Shown here one piece after another: positions 13,720-28,700 of a stretch of 64,000 nucleotides of DNA (positions are counted from its first letter, which is position 1; every line of letters starts with the position of its first letter). Under the pieces are notes generated by a model. It saw only the letters and a list, made by a program, of their open reading frames with translations. It had not been told where the DNA came from and did not search any database. Position numbers and translations under genes: made by a program. The DNA is taken from the NCBI RefSeq assembly GCF_006345805.1, contig NC_043000.1:123132001-123196000 (forward strand). The letters run 5' to 3'. The DNA is from Octopus sinensis (taxonomy: Eukaryota).

Positions 13720-14127
13720 CATGTAGGTAAGAACACAAAAACCCAGGAAAACTAGTGATAATTTTTCTTTGATGAAATGTACTTCCACTTATAAAATATA
13801 AAATTCCTTAAACTTTCTTTCATTTTGGAATAAACCATTCTTCAGAGAAATAGGAAAGATTTTGTGTCCTTAATCTGTGGATGTGTGAAAGTAACAAATT
13901 GCTAGTTTATGTGCATATTTAGGAGGGAAATAATTCAGTATTTGGGATCATTTTCAAGTTAGTGTGTTTGTAAACATGTCAGTCAATAATGATATGCATA
14001 TTTATACTTGTACATACTCATAATTATGAATAGGGAAATAGGGCCACCAGCTCACATATTCCCTGAACCTTGCATGCACATATACTTACATAAGTACCCA
14101 CTCTTACAAATGGTAGAGAGAATGTTA

Positions 14128-14552
14128 ATGAATCGAACAGATAAGAGAAGTGAGGTGAGAGAATAAATGTTTATTCCATTTGTTTACAGCTATTTCAGAA
14201 TCTTGTTAGTTATATAATAAATGTTACATAACATTTGCACATTTATAAAATATATAAATATGCATGTGTGTACACCCATATATACAAGTGTTCAAACAGA
14301 TTAACAGACTAATCTTCAGAATGATTCATGGTAGTCCTGATGTTTCGGACTACCATGAATCATTCTGAAGATTAATCTGTTAGTTCCGTTGTTTATATGG
14401 GTGTACGCATATATATTTATATGTATTTTTTGTATTACATGCAAATGTTGATGCAACATTTATTATATAACTAACAAGATTATGAAACTATTGTAAACAA
14501 ATTGAATAAACATTTATTCTCTCACCTCACTTCTATACTCTGTTCTATTCAT
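14128..14552. mobile_element. Foldback element with about 210-bp arms and a 9-nt loop
   Basis: 14128-14337 versus 14347-14552; the innermost 28 bp are perfect. Confidence 0.92.
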
Positions 14553-14602
14553 ATATATATATATATATATATATATGCGCACATACATATCAGACCTCAC
14601 AA

Positions 14603-14908
14603 TTGTGAGAACAGATGGCCTAGTGATTAGGATGTTGCACTCACGATAGAGAGATCATGGTTTCAATTTCTAGACCAGGTGCTGTGTTGTCTTCTTGAGC
14701 AAAGCACTTCATCTCACATTGCTCTGCGATGACTTCAATACCTGAAGCATGACACTCTGTACACCTGTACGGGCAATGTCAATTTGATGGTGGAGATTGA
14801 ACTAATGTATGGCACATACATTTGCTCACTATAAACAAATCATTTGTGCAGGTTATTCAGCAAAAAAGCTGAACACTCTTATGTCATCTTCGATGAAAAA
14901 GTCCATCA
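14603..14908 (+). mobile_element. tRNA-derived SINE, second family
   Basis: TGGCCTAGTGATTAGG (A-box-like), GGTTTCAATT (B-box-like), then TCTTGAGCAAAGCACTT...TCACATTGCTC, similar to 43735-44045. Confidence 0.65.
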
Positions 14909-17900
14909 TCACATGCATATACATATATACATATTTGTTTATGTATACCTATATAAGCTCACACAAATACTCAAATGTGCATAGATAAACATACATCTAA
15001 ACATACCTATAGCCTTTTATATCTATGTACACATTCAAAAATATACCCATGCTCACACCTGTATATATACGTTTATATAGCCAAATGCATTCAGTTATTC
15101 ATGCAAATGATGTATTCATATCAAATTTCTTTGCTCACACATATGTACATCTACATACTCCCATTGAGTTACATGCAAAAATATATTACCACAGCTGGGG
15201 GTAAGGTGAAATTAAGAAGTAGAGAAAGAAAATATTCATTAAGCTCCATAGACGATGTATTTTGAGCAAGGATAATGTATTGTGTGTGTGTGTGTGCATG
15301 CGTGTGTGCACGCGCGTTTGTGTGTGTGTGTGTGTTTGTGTGTATGTGTGTGTGTGTGTGTGTGGGCATGTGCATGTATGTGTTTTCAGGAGTATGATGC
15401 CCTGTAAACTACAGAAACACTGAACACTAAGAGGTATTTAACAGATCGACTCAGTGTGTTAAAGCATCCAGCCACAGGTTGGTTGAAATGCAGTGGAGAT
15501 GCTGCATAGGTGCTCTTTGAATGAATCACCCAAATGTCACTCTGTGTCATTAGAGTTTTCATGTAATGCAGTTTATAACATTGGTAGGTTAAAAGTTTTG
15601 AGGGATTAGGATTTAGGACAAGTAATTACACCCATATTACTGATGAGAAATATTCAGCATGTGCATTTAAAGGTATCTAGTTGGACATGGATTGAGACCA
15701 TGAAGGTTTTAAATCAAATATTGCTGAGATTTTCTAAAGAAGAAAAAATATCATGTGGTAAAGATAGAGGCAGTTAGACAGTATAAACAGAAAGTTTCAG
15801 ACAAGTGTGTATTTCAAGAAAATATGATTGAGTACAAGGTGAATATATGAAGAATATATGAGAGTGGTATTATGAATGATGTTCATGAATGTGAACATTG
15901 TTATTGACTAAATTTGTAAACCTCAGTTATTCTCTCTACCTTACAGTGATAAATAATTCTATCCTTCCTTCTCATGCTTATTCTTTCTCCACTTTCAATC
16001 ACACTCTTTTTCCAAATTTATACTTCTCCCTTTTCCACTGCTTCCCTCTCAAGTTTGCAGAAACTAACCTTTCATTACTTTCATACTTCCATGAACTAAG
16101 GACCCAAAAGACATTTTTCCTTTCTCCAAAGAATTTGGTTGAATACATCAGTAACTTACTTCAATAGCATATGAACATAAACACTTTGTAATTTACCTAT
16201 ATACATATAATTATATATTACATATGTTCATATGCATATATATCTACATAGATGTATATGCATATGTGTGTATAAATACATTAAGCTTTGGTTGTGTGTA
16301 TATAGTCATAAAATATTTCCCTAAAATAAATGCTCAAATGTTAATTATTTCTAGACTCTATAACTAGTTGTGTACATTCACTTACATATAAACATACAGA
16401 CACACAAATAAACAGGCATGTGCAGAATAAAAGCTTTACATTAGATGTTATAAAAGTGTATTCAAAGAATTCATGCCATTGGCTCCTAAAGAAACTCTAG
16501 AACTGTGATGAAAAACCTAGGAATTATAAAATTTCAGCTATCTAGCAGAGTTATTATAGATGTCTCAACATCAACAGGCTGACTGCATCTCACTGTCTTG
16601 CAAGATCTAAAAGACAGGTTACTGATCCAACTCATCGCTTTTCTTTAGAAAATAAAATTTAAATCTATACTACTAACAACATTCCGTTTCTTTCATTCCA
16701 ATTACAAGCAATATCTGCTAAAAACTAAAATCTTTGAAACTTTTATGAATGCATGGTTCTAACTAACCTCTATCATGGAAATCTCATTTCCTTTATTTGT
16801 TCAGGAAAGTATTGAATATTCCAATAGTTACTAATCCTTTAAATATATATCTCAAATATTAAGTAGTGGTCCTAATGTTCAGAATGGTGCTCCTGTTTCA
16901 GTTATCAAATGTTAGCTTAGATCCCTTCATAAACTACCTCCACTACATTGTGTTTTCATTCTGTCTATTCAACATAAGCTATTTCTAAAATTTGTTTGCT
17001 TCATATCAATCTGTGTTATAAATACACAGTCATTATACTAGTGATTCTTCCTCCTACTACATATATTCATTTCCTACCACATAGTTTCATCCTTTTGGAA
17101 AACTTCACCATTGTCATCTTCCACCATATTAATATCAGATAAATTATTTCAACCTCCAGACCCGGAATACACCAGAAACTATAACTATTCTAATCTTCCA
17201 TGCACTAACAAATAAAAACAAAAAGTGTACTGAAAATATTTGCTTCTATTTAAAAGCAGTTTCATGTTTTAGCATTTCTAACTTATTGCTAGAATTTTAT
17301 CTTTGTTGTTATTATAATTACCAAACTTTTAGTATTTGATTCCCATCAACTGTATTTCTTAATTCTCTATAATTTATTATATAGACAAAATCCTTTAGTG
17401 ATATATTGTGAATCCAAACCTTGTGGAATGAAAGTTGTAGCTAGTTATCTGCTCCTGCACTTTATTTTTGTTACCACTCACAGCTCTTACCTTAAGTGCA
17501 GCACTATGTTAATCCCTCATTTTTTTGTTTTGTTTTGTGAATATGAGCGTATATGTGTGTACATGTGTGCGTGTGCGTGCGTGTGTGTGTGTGTGTGTGT
17601 GTGCACAAGCATATGAGAGAGAGAGAGATTGAGAAATTTGTTTTGTTAATTGAATCCTACTGAATATATATATTTTTTTTACTTCTTGAAGAACTGGTTT
17701 ATAACATTGGTTACAAAATTCATCATAATTTACAAAAAAATTAAAATATATCAATATTACAAATGAACTTCCTATATTTTTGTCTTGTATTATTATAATT
17801 ATCATTGTTGTTGATGTCATTATTATTTGTTTTTATTATTACAATTTGTGTTTTATTAATTTTGATAGTTATTCTTATCATCATTACTACTATCATCATA

Positions 17901-20676
17901 ACCTGGTTGCTTTCATTAATTACTTTATATTGTTATTACCTTTATAGTTGTTTTTAATTGTACAAATAAGTGACATGTGTATGCTATGTCTATATTGTTT
18001 TACATGATGTTTTCTTTAGCAGTTATTTTATTCAATTACTTCAATATCTAATCTGAAAGTATGTAGTCAATAAAAAAGAAAATTTTCAATATCAAAATGA
18101 GTTATGATTACTTTAGCCAATTTTGATATCTTTTTTAACTATTGAAGTTTTTGTTGTAAAAAAAGCTGTCATAATTCATCGTCTTCACCTTTTGAATTTA
18201 TAAAAATATCATAGAGATAATATTTGAATATGTTAAATATATATTCAAATATTTTTTTAAACAACATATCTGAAAAATAATTTCTTTCTTTTGATATATA
18301 AAAAAAAATGAAGCAAATGGATACTTTTAGAGTTCTTGGAACTTGCTCATCTCAGACATCTTGAAGATTTTGGTTGCAATTTTATTTTTTTTACAATAAA
18401 ATGAATCAACAACCTTTTTAACATTTTTTTTTTATTCTTTGAACAACATTGGTTCCTGCTCTTCACCAGAACATTGCTTATGATTCTTCAAAGCAAGAAT
18501 TGATTTTTACAATTTATCATTCATTTATTATTTGAAATGTAATTTCATTATGGGATATAGGGATTTTAATTTTAAACTTTCAAACTTAGGTTCATTAAAA
18601 TTTTGATATTTAAGATTTTAAGAAGAAAATATATATTCACCTCGTGCTCTCTTTTTTGAGAAAGGATACTTAAAAGAATATAACGATGAAATTTCAAAAT
18701 TTATACATACATTCAATATTAGTCTGTTAAATAACAATTATGATCATTAGTAGCATTCTTAGTTTTGAATAGTCCTTTTAGTAATGGTATTCAAATATAT
18801 TTATGTAAATTAAGTGTTTTATATTTCTAGAATATTTCCAATGAATGAATCTGCAAAATTCTTATCTGTTTCAATATCTATTTCTGTTACATATTAGTAA
18901 TATTTATGTCATACAACGTTAGGCACTGTCAAATTCAATATCTATTTTGATTACATATTAGTGATAGATATGGCATGTAATTTTAGGTCCTGTCATTTGA
19001 TATTAATAAATTTACATGAGATTTAGCAAGATACAACGTATGTAGAATACATTCTACCAAGTCATCATTATTTAGTGTTTTTGTAATACACCTTTAATTT
19101 CAACAATTTAAGACAGACTTTAATTTTAACAAATCAATTATATTGACAGTTCAAATTCTAAATCATAAAAGATTGATGTGTTATCATTTACCATTTATTT
19201 CAAATCTTAAATAAAATACTTAAATTAAAGAAGAAGTGTATCTGTTTATGTTAATATATCTTGTGTAATATAATGATAGGTTTATAAAGTAAAGTATGAA
19301 GTCTAGAGAATGTAATACTTTCCTTTCTACCCTAAATTTCTCCTCCTCACTTTACACATATTTTTCATTTCATTTTACCTATTATCAAAATTTTGGCACA
19401 GTAAAACAACCAGGAAAACAAAATTAAAAGTTGCTTCTAAGTAGTATCCATATACAAGTAGTCCAATGTTTATCATCCAGAACATTATAAGTAAACTACC
19501 ATGTTTATTGAAGTGTTTATTAATTATACTAGCTTGAAAAATATCTGATATTAATTATGTATATTAATTATTTCTTGATTAAGGAACTAGATTTAATATA
19601 CTATAATGTGTAAAATAATCTCATTTTAGAATTATATAATAAATCCTAAACTGAATGATAATTTCTAACACATCAAATTTTTCAAAGTATTATTTTGTGT
19701 TATGCAAAAACCTGAAATCCAGATATTAACTCTCTTAACACTACCTAAAATTTATCTTTCAAGCTATTCCCTGTTTTTCTTCAAATTAATTTTGCAATAC
19801 ACACACACACACATTTAAATAAAGTTCAATCATCTGTTTGAATTTAAATAGTTTATTTGATTAATAATCAAACCAATAAACTTTAAACATCTTAAAAATT
19901 ATACAATGGGGATCTAACAATGTAACAGAAAAAGGTAACTGATTTTGGAAAAAGAATGAATTTTGCTAATATGACAAACCAGAGTATGATATGAGTAAAG
20001 GGAATGTTACTCTGGGATTTAGTAAATTGCTTAAGCTACTGTAATGGGAGCACTCAGAAAGAATGTTCTAAAATAGATTTTGATAATATAGGCAGCTCAA
20101 ATGATAACAATCAGTTATGTGCACAAATAAAAGTTTGTAATTTATGGTTTATGGAATATTTGGATAAAGCACTTACCTTTTGTGCATGTGTACCTAGCTG
20201 AAATTAATACACTGACACCAAACAGCCCTCTGGGTACTTAAAATAGGTGATGAATAATTGATAACAGATAGGTTGCTTAAATTTCTTTGTCAGCTGTCCA
20301 ACCAAGGCCAACACAGAAATAGAAGTAAAATTATGCTGATGATGATGACATTAGAACTTAGTGAAATTAAAAGAAACCAGAAGGGATAGAATTTATCCAG
20401 AAATCCTTTACAGATCAAAAAATCTATACAGAAAATAGCATAAAAAAGAGGAAATGAAAAAGAGGAATTAGGTGGTTATAAAGAAGGAGAATAGACTAGT
20501 ATATGAAACCTGCATAATTCTATTGAATCCATTTAAGTTTGTTTAGTATTTCTTACATCGGGGACCTACAGGACCTAAATAAAAGCTAAACATTTTAGTG
20601 TTAATTTATAACAAAAAGCTAAACAAAAATACATTAATACATTTTTCTTTGTCGAGGACTTAAATTTTATATTTTA

Positions 20677-20716
<40 letters not shown>

Positions 20717-21444
20717 CATACACACACACTCTGTTCATAATAAAATTCACTCTGAAGATTATATTAATATTTTATTGTTTTCTTTGTTTTTATAACCATT
20801 CCTCCAAACTTAGTTTACTAAAATATTTTATTAGTGACCAATAAATATATCTAGACTTACTTTCATTATCTTAAAAAATATTAAAAAATTGAGTTAAGTT
20901 ATTCACACTTTCTCCTGTAAATAATTGACATGTAAAAGAAATAGTTAACACATATGAAATGTTTTAAGTAGTCTTCTCTGTATTAAATATTTAGGGCTGA
21001 AAAAGTATAGTATACACAAAAAACAGAACTTCAGTAAAAATGAATGTATCCATTCTTTTCCCCGAGGAATAATTTTTCCAGTTTCATTAGTGATTAAAAC
21101 ATTTCCATATACTTTCAGAATTATTGATATTTTTTAGTCTTACTATATATATGAGACAATCTTTAGAAAATTTGTAGTTTTATGATGTATTTGAATAAGA
21201 AATTTTAGAACTTGCTTTAATTTTGCTGCTTTGTGTGTATGGCTGGGCTGGGAAAGTTTAAACTGTCAACATTGTAATTATTATTTAGAACCAGTCTCTA
21301 ATAGTTTCATGTTTTACTCTATCATTTAAGAAATATATTTTATGAAGACAACTCCCTATTATAATCTACACTGCAGAATTAAATTATTTTCTCAATATTA
21401 GTTTCTCATTGAAACACATTCATAAATATACACATTCTATTTTA

Positions 21445-21475
<31 letters not shown>

Positions 21476-22690
21476 TCCCTCTTCCTCTCTCTCCCTCTTT
21501 CTCTCTCTTTCTCTTCCTCTTCCTCTCTCTCCTTCTCTTCCTGTATCTCACATACACAATTTACTATGTTTGGTACATAAATGTATTGTTCATATATGCA
21601 TTCAAAGAAATATACAAATACACTGATACCAATATACTTGTACTAAAAGTAAATTCCATTACGTATTTATGTATAGAAGTTATGGAATTTGTGTAAGAAA
21701 ATTCCACGAAGTATACAAATAAAATATTTAGAGTTGAACTTGCTTGCACTAGCCTTTCACATATTTTTTTCCCTAAACATTTTATTCAACCCACATTTTC
21801 TACTTGTTTACTTACAATTATCAGTGAAAGTATATATTTATGATTAAAACATTTTATTATCAATCTAGAATTAGCTGCTTCCATACAAAGGTCAACAGTT
21901 AGCAAAATATAATCAGATTTCAGCTCTAATATCATCAGTGTGCAACATTTTCCAATGAAATTGTCTCCAGTGTTATACATCAATTCATATTGTCATAAGT
22001 GTCCGACATGCATGCATTATTCATTTGTTGCTCATGCGCATTTCAAATGGACTATCTCCCATCTAATTACATAGCTATATATTCATGTGTATATGCATAA
22101 TAAGTTATATACAATTATGTATTTAAATATATATACTTTGTAGTGTATATATATTTATATATATATTTAATATAATTTACTAATACATGCACATATGTAT
22201 ATATACATATATGTAAATACATATAAACCATATATTCATATCTAATTATCCTTTTGTTTTGCATTTGGATGCCTTATCTTTTTTCTATCTGTGTGTCTAT
22301 CATTTCCTTTTTGCATATGAATGCGATTATTTTTCAAGTTCTGTTTGGCAGTATGTTGACCATTTATATAGACCTTGAATTCATTTCTTTCTAAACACTC
22401 CTCACTGTCAATTGACAAATCTTTCTCGCAGGCTTTCACTCTCTTTCTAGTTTACTTTCTATCTCTTTCTTTCTTTATCTTTATTTATGTGTGTATGCAT
22501 ATTCACACATACACACACATGCATACACACACTCACAGATACACATATAAACACTTTTCTGTCATTGACATTGTTTCTGACATTGTTACTGACTCTTTCT
22601 TCAAACTCTTTAAAACTCTAGCTCTTTCTCCTCTTCTGTAACTGTATGCACACATTTATAAAATCACCTGTATTTGATTTTACTGCACAG

Positions 22691-22717
22691 CTTGCGAAGG
22701 ATAGAGGGTTGTTCGTT
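22691..22717 (+). CDS. NRXN1: Candidate 27-nt alternative microexon at neurexin SS2 (LAKDRGLFV)
   Basis: TTGATTTTTACTGCACAG|CTTGCGAAGGATAGAGGGTTGTTCGTT|GTAAGT. Phase 0-0 matches the upstream exon, there is no stop, and the intronic donor is consensus. Confidence 0.6.
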
Positions 22718-25694
22718 GTAAGTAACTACAAACTAAGTGGCATGTGAATGATAAACAATAAGCATGAATTGCAAATGCTAGCTAGACATTGGGAAATTGT
22801 TCTTGTTATATACATATATCCTTTCAATATTTTACTCCTTTATCTGTCTTCTGTGTATGTGCATATCTTTCTGCCTGGAATACTGACATGCCCAGCTGTT
22901 ATGTTAGTCAGCAGTGGCTGCTTGTGTGCAATCCTGTAATATGATTGGTTGTTTGTTAGGCTCATGTTTGTGCTAGTTTTTGATCTGACTTCATTTTATA
23001 TTTGGGACATGCATATCTATATATCAATATATATCTTTTTTTTCCTGCCTTGTTAATTATGCATGCTTGACAGGTACAGATTTGGTTTGATTAAGGAATA
23101 ACATATAATAATACACCAGGCCCTTTGATATCACTGACAGACAATAAAAAAATTGTTCACACATACATACAACACATATATACATGCATATATATATGAA
23201 TACAAACGTAAAACATCTCTCTTTTTTATATCTAACAAATGTTATTAACATACAGGTATATATACATACACACACATATATACATACATACATTCACATA
23301 AAGAAACCTAAGCAGTATATAAGGAAACGATTCAATGAATTGTGTATACATCTAATAGAGATTTCACATAAAAACTATGTATAGTGTAGAAATACTGGTT
23401 GGAGTTGTCTTGAAATCTGTAAGACTAATTCTCATTTAGATATGCTATTTTAGATATTTGACCTTTTAGTCAGTGTTGTACAAGCTGCAGAATTCCAACA
23501 ATGTAATTAGACATTACTTGCAAATATATGATATATCAATAGCTGCATTTGAATAAGTATGAAGTATGTTACTTATATTGGTAAGTATAGGTAAAACCTA
23601 TGTGACATCAATAGGAATTAAAAGAGATGCAAAATAGCAATAATGACTGTGTGGAATGCCAACAATCATTGGGTACCAAGCCAGCTTTCAAAGATATCTT
23701 GGATAATATATATAAATATGATACAATATTTCTTCATGTTTCATTTTTAAATCCTATAGAAAAGCTTTCAGATTCATCAAACCACTTCATCTTTTCAAAA
23801 GGTGCTATTTCCTATCTTATACAGAGACTTAAATGTATGCAGAAACACACTAATACACACATACTGCAATGTGATAATAAAAAATTATGAGTTTTATCTT
23901 TCTTTCATTACATTTATTTTACCTTTTCACATAAAATTAAAATATATTATTTGAAATTTAAGGAAGCCATTAATACTTTCACAAACCTAGCATTTGTGAT
24001 TTCAGCGTTGCCAGCAAAAGTTAGTACACAGTTAGCTTGCAGTGAACTTATACCTGAAGGTTGAATAAATGTTTTCTGTTTCTTGCTAGAAGAATCAAAC
24101 TATCTATCAATCTGTGTTTTTTATGGAGCTGTAAATTCTAAAGACTAGCATAATCATAGTACTAGGGAGAAAAGATTTCAATCACAATCAGGGTTATGTG
24201 AAGTAGAATACCACAGATGATATCTACAAGAAAGAAAGGTGCAAACAGCTCAGAATAGAGGTCATCAGTATGTGAATGTGCACATAAGTAAAATAAATAA
24301 ATTCTATTCCTTTTACTCAAGTCATAGCCTTTTATAAAATAAAAACTTCACATGGATGTTATATAAAATGGTGTAACACACATATATATATATGATAATG
24401 TATGTGCTTATCATTATTCATACTCATACAAATGCACACACTTATACTTAGAGAGAAAAAGTGATGACTGTATTTGTATGTATATATGTACTATATATGC
24501 ATTTTCACAAGTGTAGTGAATATATATATGTACATTGGATAGATTTCACTTTTGTAACTATTTTTTCAATAATTATGAAAAATGTATTTTAAGTGAAATT
24601 TTAATGTTTAATCGTTCTTCCCTCTTTCTCATTGTTTTTGTCTTTCTTTTGTTCATTTTATTACATCCATTACTTTTTATTTTAATTGCTTAAACCCTAT
24701 CTTACTTCTTAAGAACCATGTTCTATGAATAGAACCTATTGGAGTTTGGGTTGGGTAAGACATGCAGAATTATTCACTTTCAATACAGTATTTGTGACAA
24801 GATTTGAATACATGAAGATAAGCACCTTAAATCACAAATGTTGTTATTTCTATCAAGGAGTACTATTTTCAACTAGAAATGACATAGTTTCATTCTATGT
24901 TTAAGCTTTCATATTGTACTAATATGAAACACTGATAATTTTAATCCTATTCACCATTAATATATAAGAAAATATTTTCAACAATACACATAGTGATCTG
25001 ATTATTTATACTTTTCTCCATTTTATAATATTCTTCTCCATGATCACTTCATACTAATTAGATTCCAATGGACACAGGAAGATAAATAAATTTAAAAAAT
25101 ATTGGCTCCAAATTATTGGAAGCATTGTTAGTAGCTGAACTGTATCAGATTCCAAAAGGAAATGTAAAATCTTTCTTTCCAGTGACTCAGAATATTTTTT
25201 CATAAACCTGCGATAATACATTCTTAACAGCTCATGTAGCTAAAAAGTTTTCTGATCTTTTTCTTAGACATCAAATGAACTTAATACTGGTTTATACGGT
25301 TATTGCACATATCACTAAAACAAAAATATTTTTCCAATCATAACAATTATGAATATTTACTCATCATTGTTTTACTCTCTAAAATATTTTAATTAGGTTG
25401 TAAATTAGTTACCTCAGTAAGAAATGTAGTAAAAGTCATATCTTTCAATCGGTTGTGATTGTCATCATTATTATTCTTGATCTTCTTTTTCATCCCTATC
25501 AATTCTTCTAAGTTATCTAAAATCTTATCAATTCTATGCTTTTGTGTGTATATTGATATAGATAGGGTGGTTGACTGAAATATAAGTACAAACAAGTAGA
25601 CAGAAAGAAAAGGTGAGCAGAGAACATGATTTAATGTCAGTAATTTGTATTATCACCATGATAATTATTTTCTGACTCTATTTGTCCCCATCCT

Positions 25695-25741
<47 letters not shown>

Positions 25742-28700
25742 ATCAGTCTGTTTGTTTCTCTCTCTCTCTCTCTCTCTCACTCACTATATATACATGTGTG
25801 TGTGTGTGTGATCTTATTCCTTGTCTTCTGTCAGATACATAGAGCAGAGTGTGTTTAGTGCTTGAAATACAGTTTGTGCGACAGTGGCAATGAAAGGATA
25901 TGAACTCGCATCCATTCAGCTAAGAGGCAAAACACATTATCAAACCAACCATTGAAACTCCTCACATTATATAATTCAAATATGAAACATGTGACACATC
26001 TATATGTTAAAATATCTTGAATTTTAGCAGATGAAATTATGAAAATATTTTACTTGAATTTTCTATCAATAACCTACAATTTTTTTTTCATTAAACCAAA
26101 CATATATTCTATGTTTTGATATATAAAGATTTCTTTAACATTTTCACTGGCTTACCTCTATATTTAGTCCATATTCTGAGGTATTCAATACCATTTTTCC
26201 TTTGTATAAAAGATGAATCAATACATACCTGGTTAAAATTTTTATTTAAGCATCTTTTTGAACATCAATAAATAGTGTTCACAGTAAAAATGTATGCAAG
26301 CATTCCTTTTTAATTATTCTTTTTTAAGCAAAAAATGAACCAGATAAATAGATATACTAAAGTTGAATTTCATAATTAACATTTATTTTCTTTCATAGGA
26401 TTAAATACCAATTCAGTTCTTTCATTATTTATTTGTGCTTCTCAGAAAATGAAGTGCACTATTTGGGTTCAATTTCCAATTTAAATTATTCCACTTATCA
26501 CACTTTGTGATAGAGCAGCATGTCGTGACTAATTAAGAAGTCATTTCATGCTAAAGTTTTCATAGCCAAGTAGATATTTATTTACTTGTTTTGATTCATT
26601 TTGATGTTTAGGGGGGATTTAATTTGACTACTTTACAAAATTACATATCTATTCAATATTAATATTCCTTACTAATAAGGAAAAACAGTAAGTACTGCAT
26701 CAGTCTAAATTATTTACAGTATGTAATTTGGTGTAATCAAACCCTGCTTAAGCTGACTTTGCCTTTCCTTTCACTAGAGTTTCTAAAATAAGTATTAGTT
26801 AAATGTAAACTGAAAAAGTCAATTTAATTACTACAATCTAGTAATAAAATGAAATAATTCATATTAGTTCAAAACTTTATTCATTTATTATTATTGATTT
26901 CAAGAACTCTACTAAAATCACATACAAATACATTTTGTAAAATAATTATAATAGGAAATAAGTGCTGTTGAAAAATCATAAAAAACACAATATTTTTATT
27001 TAAAACCTTTCTTATTTTCTTTTCCATATGAAGATTTTAGTGCTATTCTCTATTGAATAACTGTTAATCAGTAGAATTCAGAACTAGCATATATATTAGC
27101 AAGAGTTAACACTTAATTCCATCCACAACACAATTACTGATAGCTTCTTATACAATGTGTATATGTGAATACACATGCATTTGTCTTCACAATCGCTATC
27201 TTTGTAGAATATTGACCTAGTTACTCTAAGCTTATAGGTTTTACGTCAAAGGTGTTTTTATAAGACCAACTTATTTAAGTCTAAAATACTAACATGTTCC
27301 CATATTCAGTTTAAGTTAACTGTCTCAGCAATGAAATATTAAATAGAAAAATTAATTTTATGCCTAATCTTTTCATTGGAACTGTAGATAGAAACCTGTA
27401 TTCCTTAGACTCCAGATATGACCTCTGCAGATTACTTCTGTTAACCTTGAAAAATTTGCTAATAGAACTATTTTCTTTCTGTTGATAAAATACCTTATCT
27501 GTTAAGTTATTACAAGATAATTGTCAAAAACTTTGCATATATATTTTCATCTAAATTGCTTGTACCTAAAAATAGATAATACTGAATCATTAAGCTAAAA
27601 GTTTAAAAGCCCAATTATGGTGCTAACCTATTCTAAATACTTTTTTCATTTATTCTAAAATGAATAAAAACTTGTGCAGCCATTTATATTTTCCTTCTGA
27701 AAATTTATAATTAAATTTTACATTCTCTATAATTCAACTGCCAATGTCTTAAATCATCATACTTCTTTCTCCATCTTTTTGGACCCTTGCAAAGTTGCTG
27801 CTTCTTGTGTATTTTCAGTTTAAAAAATTTTTCATTTTGAGCTGGGAGTTTTATAAAGTGACACCCTTGTATGAAATACAACCATGTCATATGTTCCAGC
27901 TTAACTGTATTCTCTTAATACTAAACATACTAAACATTACTGATCTCCCAGCCTATCAAATTTAGTATCTGTGATGACCCACCATCTCATCTACTTCATA
28001 AGTGGTTTTAAATTATAACCATTAACCTCTTTCACTTTCTATAAAGATGAAACAACTTTCTTTCTTCCATATTTCTTAATAAAATATTTTGTCATATTTT
28101 GCCAGACATCCACATATTTTATTAAAAATCTCCACTACTTCAAATATTCCCAATTTCTTATGTGAGTTTGTCCACAAAATTTGTATTTTGTAGATCATAA
28201 TTTGTTATTGTACTGGGATTAACTGCCTTACAAGAGAACTAGGTGTACACATTTATGTTGTGTGCCTACTGAGTCTTTGCAACTTCCAAAATTTATGTAG
28301 CCAACCTATTTATTAGTTTCTTATCAAATTGTGAATTTAGCCACCATTTGATTTCAAAGATGGTGCTACATATATCCACGAGTCAGTATTTTCAAATGTA
28401 TTACCATTTAGGAAAACTCAGTGTTCTCTGCTTATTCAGTCCACATTTTTATTACTATTTTTCATCATAGCTTTTCATTATTTTCAACTCTTGCTTCTTT
28501 TAATATAGCATTAGTGCAGTCTATAAGTTTCTTATAATGAGGCTGCTTCCAGTTAAAAGTGCTGCACCATATATGTACTCTAAAGCATTCAACATTTTGC
28601 TAACATATCACCAGTTATAAGTTTCCTTTATGTTTCTCATGAGAATGATGAAAACTATTGAGCAATAGAATATTAACCTCTTATACATCACTAATGACTC

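Noticed and set aside
22718-22747. Extended SS2 form via a second donor, as in the vertebrate 15-aa insert
   Set aside because: Downstream GT sites are out of frame and a stop follows (VSNYKLSGM*).
23543-25612. Other strong donors at 23581, 24755 and 25613
   Set aside because: Upstream acceptors give out-of-frame lengths or in-frame stops.
27650-28650. Possible very old CR1-like LINE on the - strand
   Set aside because: Only faint motif echoes; not enough to annotate by eye.
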